Part shown: piece by piece, positions 37,817-47,709 of the stretch
Layout: each line of letters begins with the position of its first letter
Position numbering within the stretch: the first letter of the stretch is position 1
Origin: Candidatus Methanosuratincola verstraetei
Lineage (GTDB): Archaea; Thermoproteota; Methanomethylicia; Methanomethylicales; Methanomethylicaceae
DNA: 64,000 nucleotides
Direction of reading: 5' to 3'
NCBI GenBank assembly: GCA_049570475.1
Contig: CP186953.1
Location: forward strand, 384,001 to 448,000
Position numbers and translations under genes: made by a program
Notes under the pieces: generated by a model
The model's input: the letters and a program-made list of their open reading frames with translations, nothing else
Database searches by the model: none
Told to the model about the DNA's origin: nothing

Positions 37817-38872
37817 TTAGACTCCTAGCGAAATAATGAGCGCCAGCACACCGATAGCCGACAGCCCTATAGCTGCTGGATAGATCTGCCTGAAGGTGAG
37901 GATTGGCGAGAATGCAACAAGCGCTGCAAGCATTATTGGGAGCAATAGGCTGAGAGCAAGGTTGAGAACCATCATCACTGGCATGAACGGGTCGAAAGGT
38001 ATCCCGATGAAGAGCGTGACGAAAATGCTTGAGAGTGCGAACATGAGGACATTCCTCATGATATAGTAGTATGCCCTCAGCTTGGAAGCATATTCCAGCA
38101 CTCCTCCCTCGATGAGGTCTATCTTCGCCTTGAGTATGCTGAATGGTTTCTCGTTCAGCAGCATGACATAGCCTACAAAGTAGACTATTGCAGCCAGGAT
38201 GCCGGGCAACGTGAACAGGACGGGGCTCGAGGGGAGCGGGGCTGAGAGCCAGCTTGACGACATGATGTAGCCCGGGTTTTGCATCGCGACGACTGATCTT
38301 ATCATCGTGCTCTTTGCCATGGCAAATGGCACCAGGAGTGCAAGGTATAGCGGCAATGACCCAATTGCCATCATCTTCAGGGCCCTCTCAGCCGAGTGCT
38401 GCTCCACAAATTCGCGCTTGATCCCGATGTGTTTAGAACCCTTTGCGATATCCGGAACGGGCATGCTCGTTGAGAGGAAGGACTGGGACTGGGAACCCAT
38501 CAGGACGTAAAGGACTTCCTCGAGCTTGAGCAAACCGGCGATCCCGAGAATGCTCCCCCAACCCAGCACTGCCCACCAGTAAGGCGTTGTGAATAGGAAG
38601 AGCAGGACGACGATTCCGATTCCAAAGTAAACTAGAGACCTGTACAGCCTAGGCATCTGCGCATTTGGATCAACCCGCTTCTTGTACCCGAACTTCAGCA
38701 CCGACCAGAAACCAGGGGTCAAGATCGGCGGCCCGATCCGCTGCTGTATCCTCGCCTGCACCTTCCTCTCGATCCCTGGAAGGACAAGGGAGTAAAGGAC
38801 CCCAATTGCTGCAGCAACTATTGAAGACGCGATCAGACCAAGGACAAACAGAGGCACATCTTCCATAACCAC
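37817..38872 (-). CDS. ehbO: Ehb subunit O (NuoH-like membrane subunit)
   Basis: GIERKVQARIQQRIGPP, EKPF, EYAS. Confidence 0.88.
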   Translation of the reverse strand: MVMEDVPLFVLGLIASSIVAAAIGVLYSLVLPGIERKVQARIQQRIGPPILTPGFWSVLKFGYKKRVDPNAQMPRLYRSLVYFGIGIVVLLFLFTTPYWWAVLGWGSILGIAGLLKLEEVLYVLMGSQSQSFLSTSMPVPDIAKGSKHIGIKREFVEQHSAERALKMMAIGSLPLYLALLVPFAMAKSTMIRSVVAMQNPGYIMSSSWLSAPLPSSPVLFTLPGILAAIVYFVGYVMLLNEKPFSILKAKIDLIEGGVLEYASKLRAYYYIMRNVLMFALSSIFVTLFIGIPFDPFMPVMMVLNLALSLLLPIMLAALVAFSPILTFRQIYPAAIGLSAIGVLALIISLGV

Positions 38873-40054
38873 TCACTTCCTCCATCCGTACTTACGAATA
38901 ATCTCGAGATCAGAGAGGACAAATGACTTTCCTGAGTCCACGATTTCTGCACGAGTGCAGCAGGTAAGACACGGGTCGCAGCTGGCTATCGTCAGAATGG
39001 CCTCGGTTACGTGGTCACCGATGCAGGCGTGCTCCATTGCCGCCAGGTTGGTCGGCGTCGGAGTCCTGATCTTGTAATTCCTTATCCTCCCTTGGCTGTC
39101 AAGGCCATAAGAATGCATCAGCTCCCCCCTGTAGGTTTCCATAAGGGCGGTGGTGAAGTCCATCTCCTCTGCCCTCCAAGATCGGTTCACGACCGGGCCT
39201 TCGGGCAGGTTCTTCACGGCCTGCCTTATGATCTTGAGGCTCTCAAAGATTTCGAGAGCCCTGACCACTATTCGCGCCTTTGTGTCGCAGCTTTCGTCCG
39301 TGATCACGTTGAAATCGAAGGGCTTGTACTCGTCCATCTTTGTCCTCACATCATAGTCCCAGCCGGAGGCCCTTCCGGTCGGACCAGTCGCATGGAACTT
39401 TATTGCATCCTCCTTTGTCAGGAAGCCTATTCCAGTTAGCCTTGACATCACTAGCGGATCTTCAATTATGCGCGCCACATATCCTTTGTACTTCTCCTCG
39501 AATTCGTCGATGCGCTCGAGTATGACCCGCTTGAGGCTCTCCGTCAGATCTGCCCTTGGGCGGATCCCGCCTATGATGGGCACAGACGGCATGACCCTGT
39601 TCCCGCCCACATAAGAGATCAGGTCCATGAAGCTCTCCCTGAGCAGGAAGGACCGCATCGCAAAGGTCTCGTGCCCCACAACCTCGAATGCATGGCCGAA
39701 GAGTATCAGGTGGCTAGTGATACGCTGCATCTCCTGAGTGATCACGCGGATGTAGTTCGCGCGCGGGGGGACATCTATTTTCAGCCCGCCCTCAATGACC
39801 CTGACTGAGTTCCAGGCGTGCACGTGTGAGCAGATTCCGCAGACCCTCTCTGCTATGAGCAGGGCCCTCTCGACAGGCAATCCGTCAAAGAGCTTCTCTA
39901 TGCCCCTGTATGCCATGTTGATGTTCAGTTCGCAGTCCTCGACTATCTCGTCGTTGACGAACAGCCTTATCCTGTAAGGCTCTATAAGCGCCGGGTGAAC
40001 CGGCCCAAATGAGAGCTCCTTCTCGATCTCTACGCGTTTCTCCCCGCTTGTCAT
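38873..40054 (-). CDS. ehbN: Ehb group 4 [NiFe] hydrogenase large subunit
   Basis: GPVHPALIEP, L1 ERVCGICSHVH, L2 DPCLTC followed by R and a C-terminal extension. Confidence 0.93.
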   Translation of the reverse strand: MTSGEKRVEIEKELSFGPVHPALIEPYRIRLFVNDEIVEDCELNINMAYRGIEKLFDGLPVERALLIAERVCGICSHVHAWNSVRVIEGGLKIDVPPRANYIRVITQEMQRITSHLILFGHAFEVVGHETFAMRSFLLRESFMDLISYVGGNRVMPSVPIIGGIRPRADLTESLKRVILERIDEFEEKYKGYVARIIEDPLVMSRLTGIGFLTKEDAIKFHATGPTGRASGWDYDVRTKMDEYKPFDFNVITDESCDTKARIVVRALEIFESLKIIRQAVKNLPEGPVVNRSWRAEEMDFTTALMETYRGELMHSYGLDSQGRIRNYKIRTPTPTNLAAMEHACIGDHVTEAILTIASCDPCLTCCTRAEIVDSGKSFVLSDLEIIRKYGWRK

Positions 40055-40055
40055 C

Positions 40056-40505
40056 TTACGGTGCCTCCAGAATCTTTGGCAAGGCCTTCACGACCCCAGC
40101 TATCACGTCCTCAGGCCTAGGGGCGCAACCAGGGACCTTCACGTCAACGGGTATGACGGTCTCAACAGGCGCCCAGATCTCCTCGTTCTGGCCGATGTCG
40201 CCGACGAGGTTCTTGTACACATTTCCATTCACCGCGCATGCCCCAACGGCGACCACTCCCTTAGGTTCGGGTATCGAATCGTATATCTTCTTCAGGGGCT
40301 CGACCATCTGCCAGGCAACCACACCAGACACAATGAGTACATCGGCCTCCCTAGGGTTCCAGGTCAGGAGGACCCTGTACTGCTCCACATCATACCTAGG
40401 AGATAGCACGGCATTAACAATCTCGATGTCGCATCCGTTGCAGCCGCCAGTGTATGCGACCATGACATGTATCGCATTCTTTCTGCTTGTTGCCTTAAGA
40501 TTCAT
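40056..40505 (-). CDS. ehbM: Ehb hydrogenase small subunit
   Basis: [21 protein letters not shown]. Confidence 0.92.
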   Translation of the reverse strand: MNLKATSRKNAIHVMVAYTGGCNGCDIEIVNAVLSPRYDVEQYRVLLTWNPREADVLIVSGVVAWQMVEPLKKIYDSIPEPKGVVAVGACAVNGNVYKNLVGDIGQNEEIWAPVETVIPVDVKVPGCAPRPEDVIAGVVKALPKILEAP

Positions 40506-40998
40506 TAATATTACCTCCCTTGGTTATAAGGGAAAAGCTCGAAGAAGGGATGAGCCGCCTAAGCTCCTCTATCTTTTCAGGGGGGGCCCTGATCGGCTTC
40601 TTCAGGACCTCTTGGAGGGTCATCTTTGGGGTGCCGACGTCCCTCGCGTGGATCGGGGCAGCCTCTCCGAAGACCGAGTAGATCGGGCAGAAGTCGTGGC
40701 AGTTGAGGCAGAATATGCATCTTAGGAGATCTATCCGCGGCACCTGGGTCTTCGTGTACCCCTCGACGATCTCGACAGGCTTCTCGAGAGGGACCATCGT
40801 GATTGCATGCGTGGGGCAGATGTTGTAGCACCCTGCGCACCCTATGCACATTTCATCCAAAACAGTTTCCAAAGGCGGTACGCTCATGGTGAGTATCTTC
40901 TTCCTCAAGGCCATGCTCGTTGCGCGATCCGCCTTTGTGAAGACCCTCAGCAGATTCCTATATGCCCCTTGTAGCATGATCCTCAGGAAAGTGATCAT
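40495..40998 (-). CDS. ehbL: Ehb 2x[4Fe-4S] subunit (NuoI-like)
   Basis: [12 protein letters not shown] and [12 protein letters not shown]. Confidence 0.85.
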   Translation of the reverse strand: MITFLRIMLQGAYRNLLRVFTKADRATSMALRKKILTMSVPPLETVLDEMCIGCAGCYNICPTHAITMVPLEKPVEIVEGYTKTQVPRIDLLRCIFCLNCHDFCPIYSVFGEAAPIHARDVGTPKMTLQEVLKKPIRAPPEKIEELRRLIPSSSFSLITKGGNINES

Positions 40999-42071
40999 GG
41001 GAACACCACCACATCGCTAGCTAATCCAGATACATTCTTCGTGTCATAGACCTTCACGACTCGAATGCACTCAGCCGGGCATGTCGCAGCGCATGCTCCG
41101 CACCCGATGCACTTCTTCTCGTCGATGTAGGCGAGGCCATCCTTAAGGTATGGGGCATGATCCCCCTTGAGCGTTATCTTGCAGGCCTCAACGCACAGTG
41201 AGCACCCAACACACATATCCCTGTTGACGCTTATGCGGTGATCTACCAGCTTCCGCTCGGGCAGGCTGCACCTTATGGGTATTGCGTTTGTGGGGCATCC
41301 AGACGCACATATCTCGCACAGTATGCACTTCGACACGTCGACCTCTGGCTTCTTTTCTGTGATCGGGTTGAAGGCGATCGCATCCGTCGGGCACACCCTG
41401 CTGCAGGTCCCGCATCTTATGCAGTCATCAGTGATGGTGCCGTCCCATGAAACAGACTTTATGGAGAGGGCGCCTACAGGGCATGACTTGACGCACCTGC
41501 CGCACATCACGCAGTAGCCGCCAGGGTACCTGTCCTTCAGGTGCATCGTCTGTGGCGGGCAAACCCTAACGCATTCGCCGCACAAGACGCATAGATCAGG
41601 GTTCAGCTTCACGCGGCCAAGCTGGAATGTGAGGGCGTTTGTCGGGCAAGACATTACGCACAGAGAGCATAGCGAGCAGTTGATGATAGATGCCTTTGCG
41701 TCCCCCTTCTTGATGAAGGGCTTTCCGTCCTCGATCACTATCGCCTTTACAGGGCAGTTCTCGTAGCAGCGCATGCATGTGACGCAGTTGACCTTTACCT
41801 TCCTTTCGGAGTATGACTGCATCTTGGAGTAGTGCATCCCGACCTCTTCAGGCTTTATCTTACCTTCGACAGAGTCGATTGCCTTTACCGGGCAGACCTC
41901 GGCGCAGAGGTTGCAGTGGGTGCACTTCCCCTTCTCCTCCACCGTGAACCTTATCGCCCCGGTCGGGCAGAAGTTCCTGCACCTCCCGCAGAGCATGCAC
42001 TTCGTCATGTCCCGGAATATCTTCCTCTTGGTTACCTGTTTCTGTTGCTGCTTAACAGCTTGCAATGTCAT
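40995..42071 (-). CDS. ehbK: Polyferredoxin, 10 CxxCxxCxxxC motifs (EhbK C-terminal part)
   Basis: Motifs counted in the translation; operon position. Confidence 0.8.
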   Translation of the reverse strand: MTLQAVKQQQKQVTKRKIFRDMTKCMLCGRCRNFCPTGAIRFTVEEKGKCTHCNLCAEVCPVKAIDSVEGKIKPEEVGMHYSKMQSYSERKVKVNCVTCMRCYENCPVKAIVIEDGKPFIKKGDAKASIINCSLCSLCVMSCPTNALTFQLGRVKLNPDLCVLCGECVRVCPPQTMHLKDRYPGGYCVMCGRCVKSCPVGALSIKSVSWDGTITDDCIRCGTCSRVCPTDAIAFNPITEKKPEVDVSKCILCEICASGCPTNAIPIRCSLPERKLVDHRISVNRDMCVGCSLCVEACKITLKGDHAPYLKDGLAYIDEKKCIGCGACAATCPAECIRVVKVYDTKNVSGLASDVVVFP

Positions 42072-42523
42072 TTCTGCGCCTCCGCTTTTGCCGCAATCGG
42101 CTTACCTTCAACCAGCTCCCTTATCTTTTCAGGCGTGGCGATCTCCATCAGCAGCTGGTAGTCAACAGGCCCCTTGATCAGCTTTATTGCATCTACCCTT
42201 GCGTTCATTGGGCAGACCTTTACGCAAAGACCGCACCTGACGCAAATCCCTTTGATGTGTCTGCCCCTCACATTGTCCTCCACGAACTTTGCGAAATCGA
42301 ACGGGCAGTGCTTCACGCAGAGCCCACAAAGGGTGCACCTGGATCTGTCCACATAGTAACCGCCAAACTTGTTCTTCCTTATGGCGCCCGTAGGGCAGAC
42401 AGATGCGCAGATCCCACAGGTCGTGCAGCTGAAAGGCAGGCCGTCGGGGTGCTTGATGCAGTCGGTAGGGCAGACTTCCCAGCACTTACCGCATTTGTTG
42501 CAATCAGTCGTCGTGAAGTACAT
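42068..42523 (-). CDS. ehbK: Polyferredoxin, 4 CxxCxxCxxxC motifs (EhbK N-terminal part)
   Basis: FSCTTCG...NKFGGYYVDRSRC resembles the EhbK N-terminus. Confidence 0.75.
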   Translation of the reverse strand: MYFTTTDCNKCGKCWEVCPTDCIKHPDGLPFSCTTCGICASVCPTGAIRKNKFGGYYVDRSRCTLCGLCVKHCPFDFAKFVEDNVRGRHIKGICVRCGLCVKVCPMNARVDAIKLIKGPVDYQLLMEIATPEKIRELVEGKPIAAKAEAQK

Positions 42524-42811
42524 TTACTCCAACCTCCTGCTTCCCCTCAAGACACTCCCCACCAGCAGACCAATCGTCGCGGAAATGAATGGAAGGGCAA
42601 AACTGACATGTTCGGCGAGGACCCCTCCCAAGAGGCTCCAAGTATGTATCGGCGCCTCAAACAAGAATGCTGCGACCACACTCATCACCAATATCAGCAA
42701 AGTAGTCCGCCTTGAGAGCCTTGCCACAAACTGCGTCCCTATCGCTATCCCTAAAAGGAAAGCCACAACGGTAGGCGCAATCTCACCCATCGCAGCAGGA
42801 AATACCATCAT
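42524..42811 (-). CDS. ehbJ: Ehb small membrane subunit J
   Basis: About 3 TM helices; position between the MnhB-like subunit and the polyferredoxin. Confidence 0.55.
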   Translation of the reverse strand: MMVFPAAMGEIAPTVVAFLLGIAIGTQFVARLSRRTTLLILVMSVVAAFLFEAPIHTWSLLGGVLAEHVSFALPFISATIGLLVGSVLRGSRRLE

Positions 42812-43671
42812 TTACCTGAACCCTCCTCCGAGTCGGACCACCCATATATGAACGCGAAGAAGATAAGGCAGATAGCGCCTATCACATTGAACGCCTCGCC
42901 TATGTTTATGAGCGGGATAATTCCCGACGTCGCATAGAAGACCCCTTCCTTGAGCTCGAGGGCAAGCTTAAATGGCTCACCGAATACCGTTCGCAGAACT
43001 TCAGGAACCGATCCTGGGAAAGACGGGACCCATGACCAGAGATCCGCGCCGACATTGTACTGCCAGTAATTAGTCGTCAGATAGCCCGGAAGGCCTAACA
43101 TCGTATACAATCCCCAACCGAATGCGCCAAAAGCGATGAGCGTCTTCTTTTTGAGATTGAACGGGGAACGCTTTCCGTATATTACCACCGAAAGCAAATA
43201 TGCAGATGCAACAATGACGCCGCACTGGAATCCGCCGCCACCAGACGTCGATGCTGCGGTAACTACCAGCAAACCGTAAGAAACAAGCAGTATCACCACT
43301 GGAAGAGCGAAGTACTTAAGGAGCACAGGCATAGTCTCTGTCTTCAGGTCCATCGGCTCGGCGACCACTCTCTCCTCGTCGTCAACACCTTTAAGCCCGA
43401 CAAGACCCCTCCCAAGCACCAGGACTGAGACAACTGCGCCGACATAAATGACTCCCGTCTCAATCAGCGTATCAAATGCCCTGTAGTCATAGACCCAAGA
43501 AGCCAGGTTGTTTGGGGCCAACCGGTATGCGAGCTTGTTGTATTCCTCGCTTATCCCCCTTGTGACATTCCCCTCAAGCTGCATGAATGAGGAAAGAACC
43601 CCGGCAAATATGATAACAAGGGCTATTGCTGCAATTATGCCGCGTATTCCCTTTAGTTCTTTAATGTCCAT
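42808..43671 (-). CDS. ehbI: Ehb MnhB-like subunit (apparent EhbH+EhbI fusion)
   Basis: N-half APNN...YDYRAFDTLIE; C-half GGGFQCG. Confidence 0.7.
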   Translation of the reverse strand: MDIKELKGIRGIIAAIALVIIFAGVLSSFMQLEGNVTRGISEEYNKLAYRLAPNNLASWVYDYRAFDTLIETGVIYVGAVVSVLVLGRGLVGLKGVDDEERVVAEPMDLKTETMPVLLKYFALPVVILLVSYGLLVVTAASTSGGGGFQCGVIVASAYLLSVVIYGKRSPFNLKKKTLIAFGAFGWGLYTMLGLPGYLTTNYWQYNVGADLWSWVPSFPGSVPEVLRTVFGEPFKLALELKEGVFYATSGIIPLINIGEAFNVIGAICLIFFAFIYGWSDSEEGSGK

Positions 43672-43674
43672 GCA

Positions 43675-44001
43675 TCATCTCCCCCACAGCGTCACTGCAA
43701 CAATTACCGAAAAGTAAACAAAAACCCAGAAGAGGACACGATTGAGGTCGCTCGAGTTTTCCCGCTCTATAACGCGTATCACCGGAGCGAAATGCAAAAC
43801 CATTATTGCGGCGACTAGGATAACCACTATCCCAAGAGGTATCATGAATATGCGGAACATCGCTGCTAAAACCATGATGAACACTACAGCCTGAAGTTCT
43901 CCAGCAGAATATCCTGTGGATGCATCAGTGTATCCGTTTCCGGTGAAGTAGGCCACTACGTGGCGCTTAATCTTGTCATATAAACTGTCTATGGAACCCA
44001 T
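43675..44001 (-). CDS. ehbG: Ehb membrane subunit G
   Basis: SLYDKI N-terminus, 3 TM helices, operon position. Confidence 0.55.
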   Translation of the reverse strand: MGSIDSLYDKIKRHVVAYFTGNGYTDASTGYSAGELQAVVFIMVLAAMFRIFMIPLGIVVILVAAIMVLHFAPVIRVIERENSSDLNRVLFWVFVYFSVIVAVTLWGR

Positions 44002-45500
44002 GGGACAAACACCACTTTGAGTGCGGATTCGGTCAAGAAATTCAACGCCAGTTGCGGGTATATACCCAAGACCAGCGTAATTGCAACGAGCGCAACCAAG
44101 AACATGAGAGTAGTTCCTGGCAACTTGAATCGTTCGCTCCCCTGCTGCAGTTCGTCTCCAGGCCTAAGGAAGATCGAGTATATCGCCCTGAAGAGGGCAA
44201 TGAATGTGGAGACGCTTACCATAAGTATAACTGCAGCCACTTCAGGAAGCCCCTGTTCAAGCGCAGCCTGTATCAGGATTAGCTCGCTCTGGAAACCGTT
44301 GAAGGGAGGGACCCCAGAAGCGGCAAGTGTGCCAAGAATGACAAAAACGGTCAATAGAGGGGCTCTTTTTGCCAAGCCACCACTGAACTTGATGGAAGTA
44401 CCTCTCCCAAAGTACAGAACCATCTCGCAACACACCAAGAGAAGGCTCATGTATATCACGTCATTGACTGCCTGGAACAGACCTCCGACTATGCCCCGGA
44501 ATGTGCCCAGAGATATGCCTACAGTCACCAAACCACTGTGGCTCACGATCAGGTAAGCCAAAATCCACCTGAAGTCGGTTTGGATCAAAGCCATGACTAT
44601 TCCAATAACCATTGTGAGGATGCTGATCGAGAGCATTGCCTCCCTCGCAAACGGCAGTGTGCCGAACATTCTGAGCAGGACTAGACCTATCGCAACTAGC
44701 GTTAGCTTTGATTGCGTCTGGAGCATCACAGTTGCATGGGGATAGGCCGACCGGTAAACATCCGACTTGAGCGGATGAATCGGTGCAAGCCCGCCCGCAT
44801 AAATCCAAGATAGCATCAGAAAGGCGAACGAGACGTATAGCACATTGTACATTCCACTAAGATCGTTAATCCTTACGGAGTTGATCGCATCAGTGATGTT
44901 GGCATATCCAGTTATCCCGAGTATCAGCGCCAGAGCTATGGCAAGACCGGAGCCGCTGAGGGCAGAAAAGAAAGTGTACTTGAGCGCAGCCTTCTGCGCA
45001 GCGCCCCCGCCTGAGGCGGCAACAAGGCCAGCCACCAGAAGACTGCCTATTTCGACAGCTATCCACAGGTGATAAAAATCATTCACCATCATTATAGCTG
45101 CTGCAGAGAGATAAGTCAAGAACATCAGGGCAATGTAAGGTCCAAAGTTCTTTTTAAGCGACTTTGTCGATATCGCCACCACGAAGAGCAACAAAAAGGA
45201 CATCACAGATATCATAATCTGCTGAAGGGGCCCATAGTAGTACTCCAAAGAAAGTTTCCAAGAGAAGACATTTGCATTGAATGTATATGTACCATCATAA
45301 GTTACCCCAGGTTGCCCAGTAAACCACTGGAAGCCATAAGGGGAAACCAGCGAGATCACCAGCAATACGGCGGCCGAAGCTATTGAAACTGCCCTGATCG
45401 CACGACCCCTATTGTAAAGCAGATTAACTACTATGGCAGTAAGAATCGGGATAACAATGAGTAGCGGTATTGACCATAAGTTTGTTATTGTCTCATTCAT
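43989..45500 (-). CDS. ehbF: Ehb antiporter-like subunit F (MnhD/NuoM-like)
   Basis: About 14 TM helices, WIAVE, AALKY, GLAPIHP, GVPPFNGFQSE. Confidence 0.88.
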   Translation of the reverse strand: MNETITNLWSIPLLIVIPILTAIVVNLLYNRGRAIRAVSIASAAVLLVISLVSPYGFQWFTGQPGVTYDGTYTFNANVFSWKLSLEYYYGPLQQIMISVMSFLLLFVVAISTKSLKKNFGPYIALMFLTYLSAAAIMMVNDFYHLWIAVEIGSLLVAGLVAASGGGAAQKAALKYTFFSALSGSGLAIALALILGITGYANITDAINSVRINDLSGMYNVLYVSFAFLMLSWIYAGGLAPIHPLKSDVYRSAYPHATVMLQTQSKLTLVAIGLVLLRMFGTLPFAREAMLSISILTMVIGIVMALIQTDFRWILAYLIVSHSGLVTVGISLGTFRGIVGGLFQAVNDVIYMSLLLVCCEMVLYFGRGTSIKFSGGLAKRAPLLTVFVILGTLAASGVPPFNGFQSELILIQAALEQGLPEVAAVILMVSVSTFIALFRAIYSIFLRPGDELQQGSERFKLPGTTLMFLVALVAITLVLGIYPQLALNFLTESALKVVFVPWVP

Positions 45501-45880
45501 TCATGTTCACCCTTGAGAACCTTGGAAGCTTTTAGTGTGCCATACCTCTTATACAAGATGACGATCAGCGCTGCAAGTATTGCAGTGGTGCTTACTCCGA
45601 TGACTATGTTGGTGAGCACTATGCCAGGACCGAATATTAGCGCTGCTTCGTTAGGAAAATCTGATAGGGAAGCGCCAGGCTCCAATATAGGAACGATGCC
45701 CCCCTGCACATACCCCAATGAAACGAGCGCAAGATTGACCCCATCTGACAAAAGTGTGAAGGCTATGAGTTTCTTTATCAGGTTATCAAGATAGAGCATG
45801 CCTGCCATGCCAATGATGACAAGCAGGGCGGCTGCCAAAAAACTCAGGGTCTGAAGGGTAAGCTCAATCACTTTCTTCAT
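45497..45880 (-). CDS. ehbE: Ehb subunit E (MnhC/NuoK-like)
   Basis: NLIKKLIA...DGVNL...VLTNIVIG; start uncertain. Confidence 0.8.
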   Translation of the reverse strand: MKKVIELTLQTLSFLAAALLVIIGMAGMLYLDNLIKKLIAFTLLSDGVNLALVSLGYVQGGIVPILEPGASLSDFPNEAALIFGPGIVLTNIVIGVSTTAILAALIVILYKRYGTLKASKVLKGEHE

Positions 45881-46121
45881 GCCTCCTAGTCTTGAGTATC
45901 GCAAGTATTATTATCCCAGGCATCAGGACAGTGCCAACTATCGCCTGGGTAAGACCCAAGTCAGGCGCGAGCAAAGCATGAAAGAGAAATGCCAAGGCAA
46001 TGCTCTCAGCACCGCTTATGTAAGCGGCCCTCAGCAGGTCTTTCTGCAGAAGGGCAGCGACAGCCCCTATCGTAACACCTATCACCATCAGGTAGGCTAC
46101 CGTCATGAAGGCGTCAATCAT
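45864..46121 (-). CDS. ehbD: Ehb subunit D (DUF4040)
   Basis: KDLLRAA...LLAPDLGLTQAIVG. Confidence 0.8.
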   Translation of the reverse strand: MIDAFMTVAYLMVIGVTIGAVAALLQKDLLRAAYISGAESIALAFLFHALLAPDLGLTQAIVGTVLMPGIIILAILKTRRHEESD

Positions 46122-46600
46122 TTCTCAGACCTCCGCTGGTTTACGTAATAATATGCATTCGCAAGAGCCCCTCCGGTGAACGGGATAAAAAGGAAGAAAA
46201 AGAAACCGACGGCAACTAGATCGATCCTCAGGATGAGTATCCCTGCAAAGATCATCACAAGGGAGCTGACAGTGTCGATAATCCCGGCAATGTGGTTCCT
46301 CACATAGAATATGTTTGATCCATATTCGTCCCCGAATCTGAAAAGGCCTATTGTCGCGGCGATCATTGGCGGTACGCCTGCGAAGAGGATGCCTGCCGCG
46401 CCAATCTTCATCACTGCAAGCGCAGTTCCCTCAAGATCGTTGCCCATAAAGTAAAGCGCGCCGACAATCACTAGGAAGGCTGCAAAAAGGTACAATACGA
46501 GCTTGCTTGGATCCACTACGAAGGACCCTTTCTTTATATTCCAAGACACATAGGCGAATACTGCTGCGGCATAAACTACTGTGAATATCTCGGCGATCAT
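46118..46600 (-). CDS. ehbC: Ehb subunit C (MnhG-like) with N-terminal membrane extension
   Basis: IGLFRF...YVRNHIAGIID...ALANAYY. Confidence 0.75.
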   Translation of the reverse strand: MIAEIFTVVYAAAVFAYVSWNIKKGSFVVDPSKLVLYLFAAFLVIVGALYFMGNDLEGTALAVMKIGAAGILFAGVPPMIAATIGLFRFGDEYGSNIFYVRNHIAGIIDTVSSLVMIFAGILILRIDLVAVGFFFFLFIPFTGGALANAYYYVNQRRSEK

Positions 46601-46917
46601 GACTTCTCACCAGTCCTGAACAGCCTCGCGAATAGAATGGTGCCCACTGATCCGACTACAAGCAGCGCGATCGCGGTGTCCCTGGCGAATCCTACATTGA
46701 AGAGCTCAGGCAGGGAGATCAAGTAGAGGCTAACCCCAGCAACCGTGGTGAACGCGCCCACGCCCATCAGGGAAGTCACGGCTTCCCCCTTCAGGGCCAT
46801 CCGGATTGCACCAAGACCTGCGGCTGTTGCAGCGACCATGAAAACAAGGGCCGCCCAGAAGAAAACAGTGTCTGCCACTGCCGAGAGAAAGGCCGCCTCA
46901 CTCATCTTCCAAGCCAC
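46597..46917 (-). CDS. ehbB: Ehb subunit B (MnhF-like)
   Basis: RDTAIALLVVGSVGTILFAR. Confidence 0.7.
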   Translation of the reverse strand: MAWKMSEAAFLSAVADTVFFWAALVFMVAATAAGLGAIRMALKGEAVTSLMGVGAFTTVAGVSLYLISLPELFNVGFARDTAIALLVVGSVGTILFARLFRTGEKS

Positions 46918-47216
46918 CCCTCGACATGAGGTTCCAAGGGTATTATGTCGCCCCTACCCCTCGGGAAGATGGTCCCTACGTAGAGCTTCTTCCCCTCGAC
47001 GTCGATATCGATGGTCACTGTCCCCGGGGTGTAAGTTATGCTGTTGGCGAGCATGATCTGAGGCACTGGTTTTTCCAGCACAGTGTCAATAACATGAATG
47101 TACGGGTCAATCTCACCGTTGAGGCACCTCTTTGATACGTCAATCACGGATCCAATTATCTCCCTAATCAACCTCAGCCAGAACCTTGTCCCCCACATAA
47201 ATCCCATCGCTTTCAC
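46902..47216 (-). CDS. ehbA: Ehb subunit A (MnhE-like)
   Basis: LANSITYTPGTVTIDID. Confidence 0.8.
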   Translation of the reverse strand: MKAMGFMWGTRFWLRLIREIIGSVIDVSKRCLNGEIDPYIHVIDTVLEKPVPQIMLANSITYTPGTVTIDIDVEGKKLYVGTIFPRGRGDIIPLEPHVEGWLGR

Positions 47217-47503
47217 CCGACAGCCTTCTTAAGTCCATCTATAAACTGCCTGGCGTAGTCCATGTAGAGACCCTCATCGCCAGGCCTGACTTCGACGGCA
47301 ATCCCCCTGTCCTTTCCAGATCCGATGTACAGATGCAGATGCGCAGTCCTTCCCGAATCCTTCTTGTGGAGGTGGATATACCCCTTTCCCGGATCCTCAG
47401 ACGCGACAGCATAGTTGAGGCTGGAGGCGACCTCCTTTGCCTTTGAATAGAGGTCCCCTCCGTTCAAGAAGAACCTTGCGTACAATATGGGCATCGTGTA
47501 CAC
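47213..47503 (-). CDS. Hypothetical protein at the head of the ehb operon
   Basis: GTGA overlap with ehbA; no recognised motif. Confidence 0.6.
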   Translation of the reverse strand: MYTMPILYARFFLNGGDLYSKAKEVASSLNYAVASEDPGKGYIHLHKKDSGRTAHLHLYIGSGKDRGIAVEVRPGDEGLYMDYARQFIDGLKKAVG

Positions 47504-47709
47504 CGTTTAACGCAGATTTTAGATGGGGAGTAATTTATAACATTTGCCCTTGGTGTGCTTGCAAAACACATCAATTGCAATGCAAAGCTGACTGATCGGG
47601 ATAAGAATGGGGATGAGATCGCTGGAAACCCCGATTCCTGGGGTTGGGGGCTGCAAACTACGATATAAGGAACCTAAGAATACATAGAATATCCTGGGGC
47701 GGTACGAAG

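Noticed and set aside
38873-40054. Selenocysteine or loss of the NiFe site in the Ehb large subunit
   Set aside because: Both CxxC motifs are ordinary Cys and there is no in-frame TGA.
47621-47650. ORB-like string TGGAAAC...GGGG upstream of endoQ
   Set aside because: Single copy without the TTCCA half; better explained as a short AACCCC/GGGGTT hairpin.
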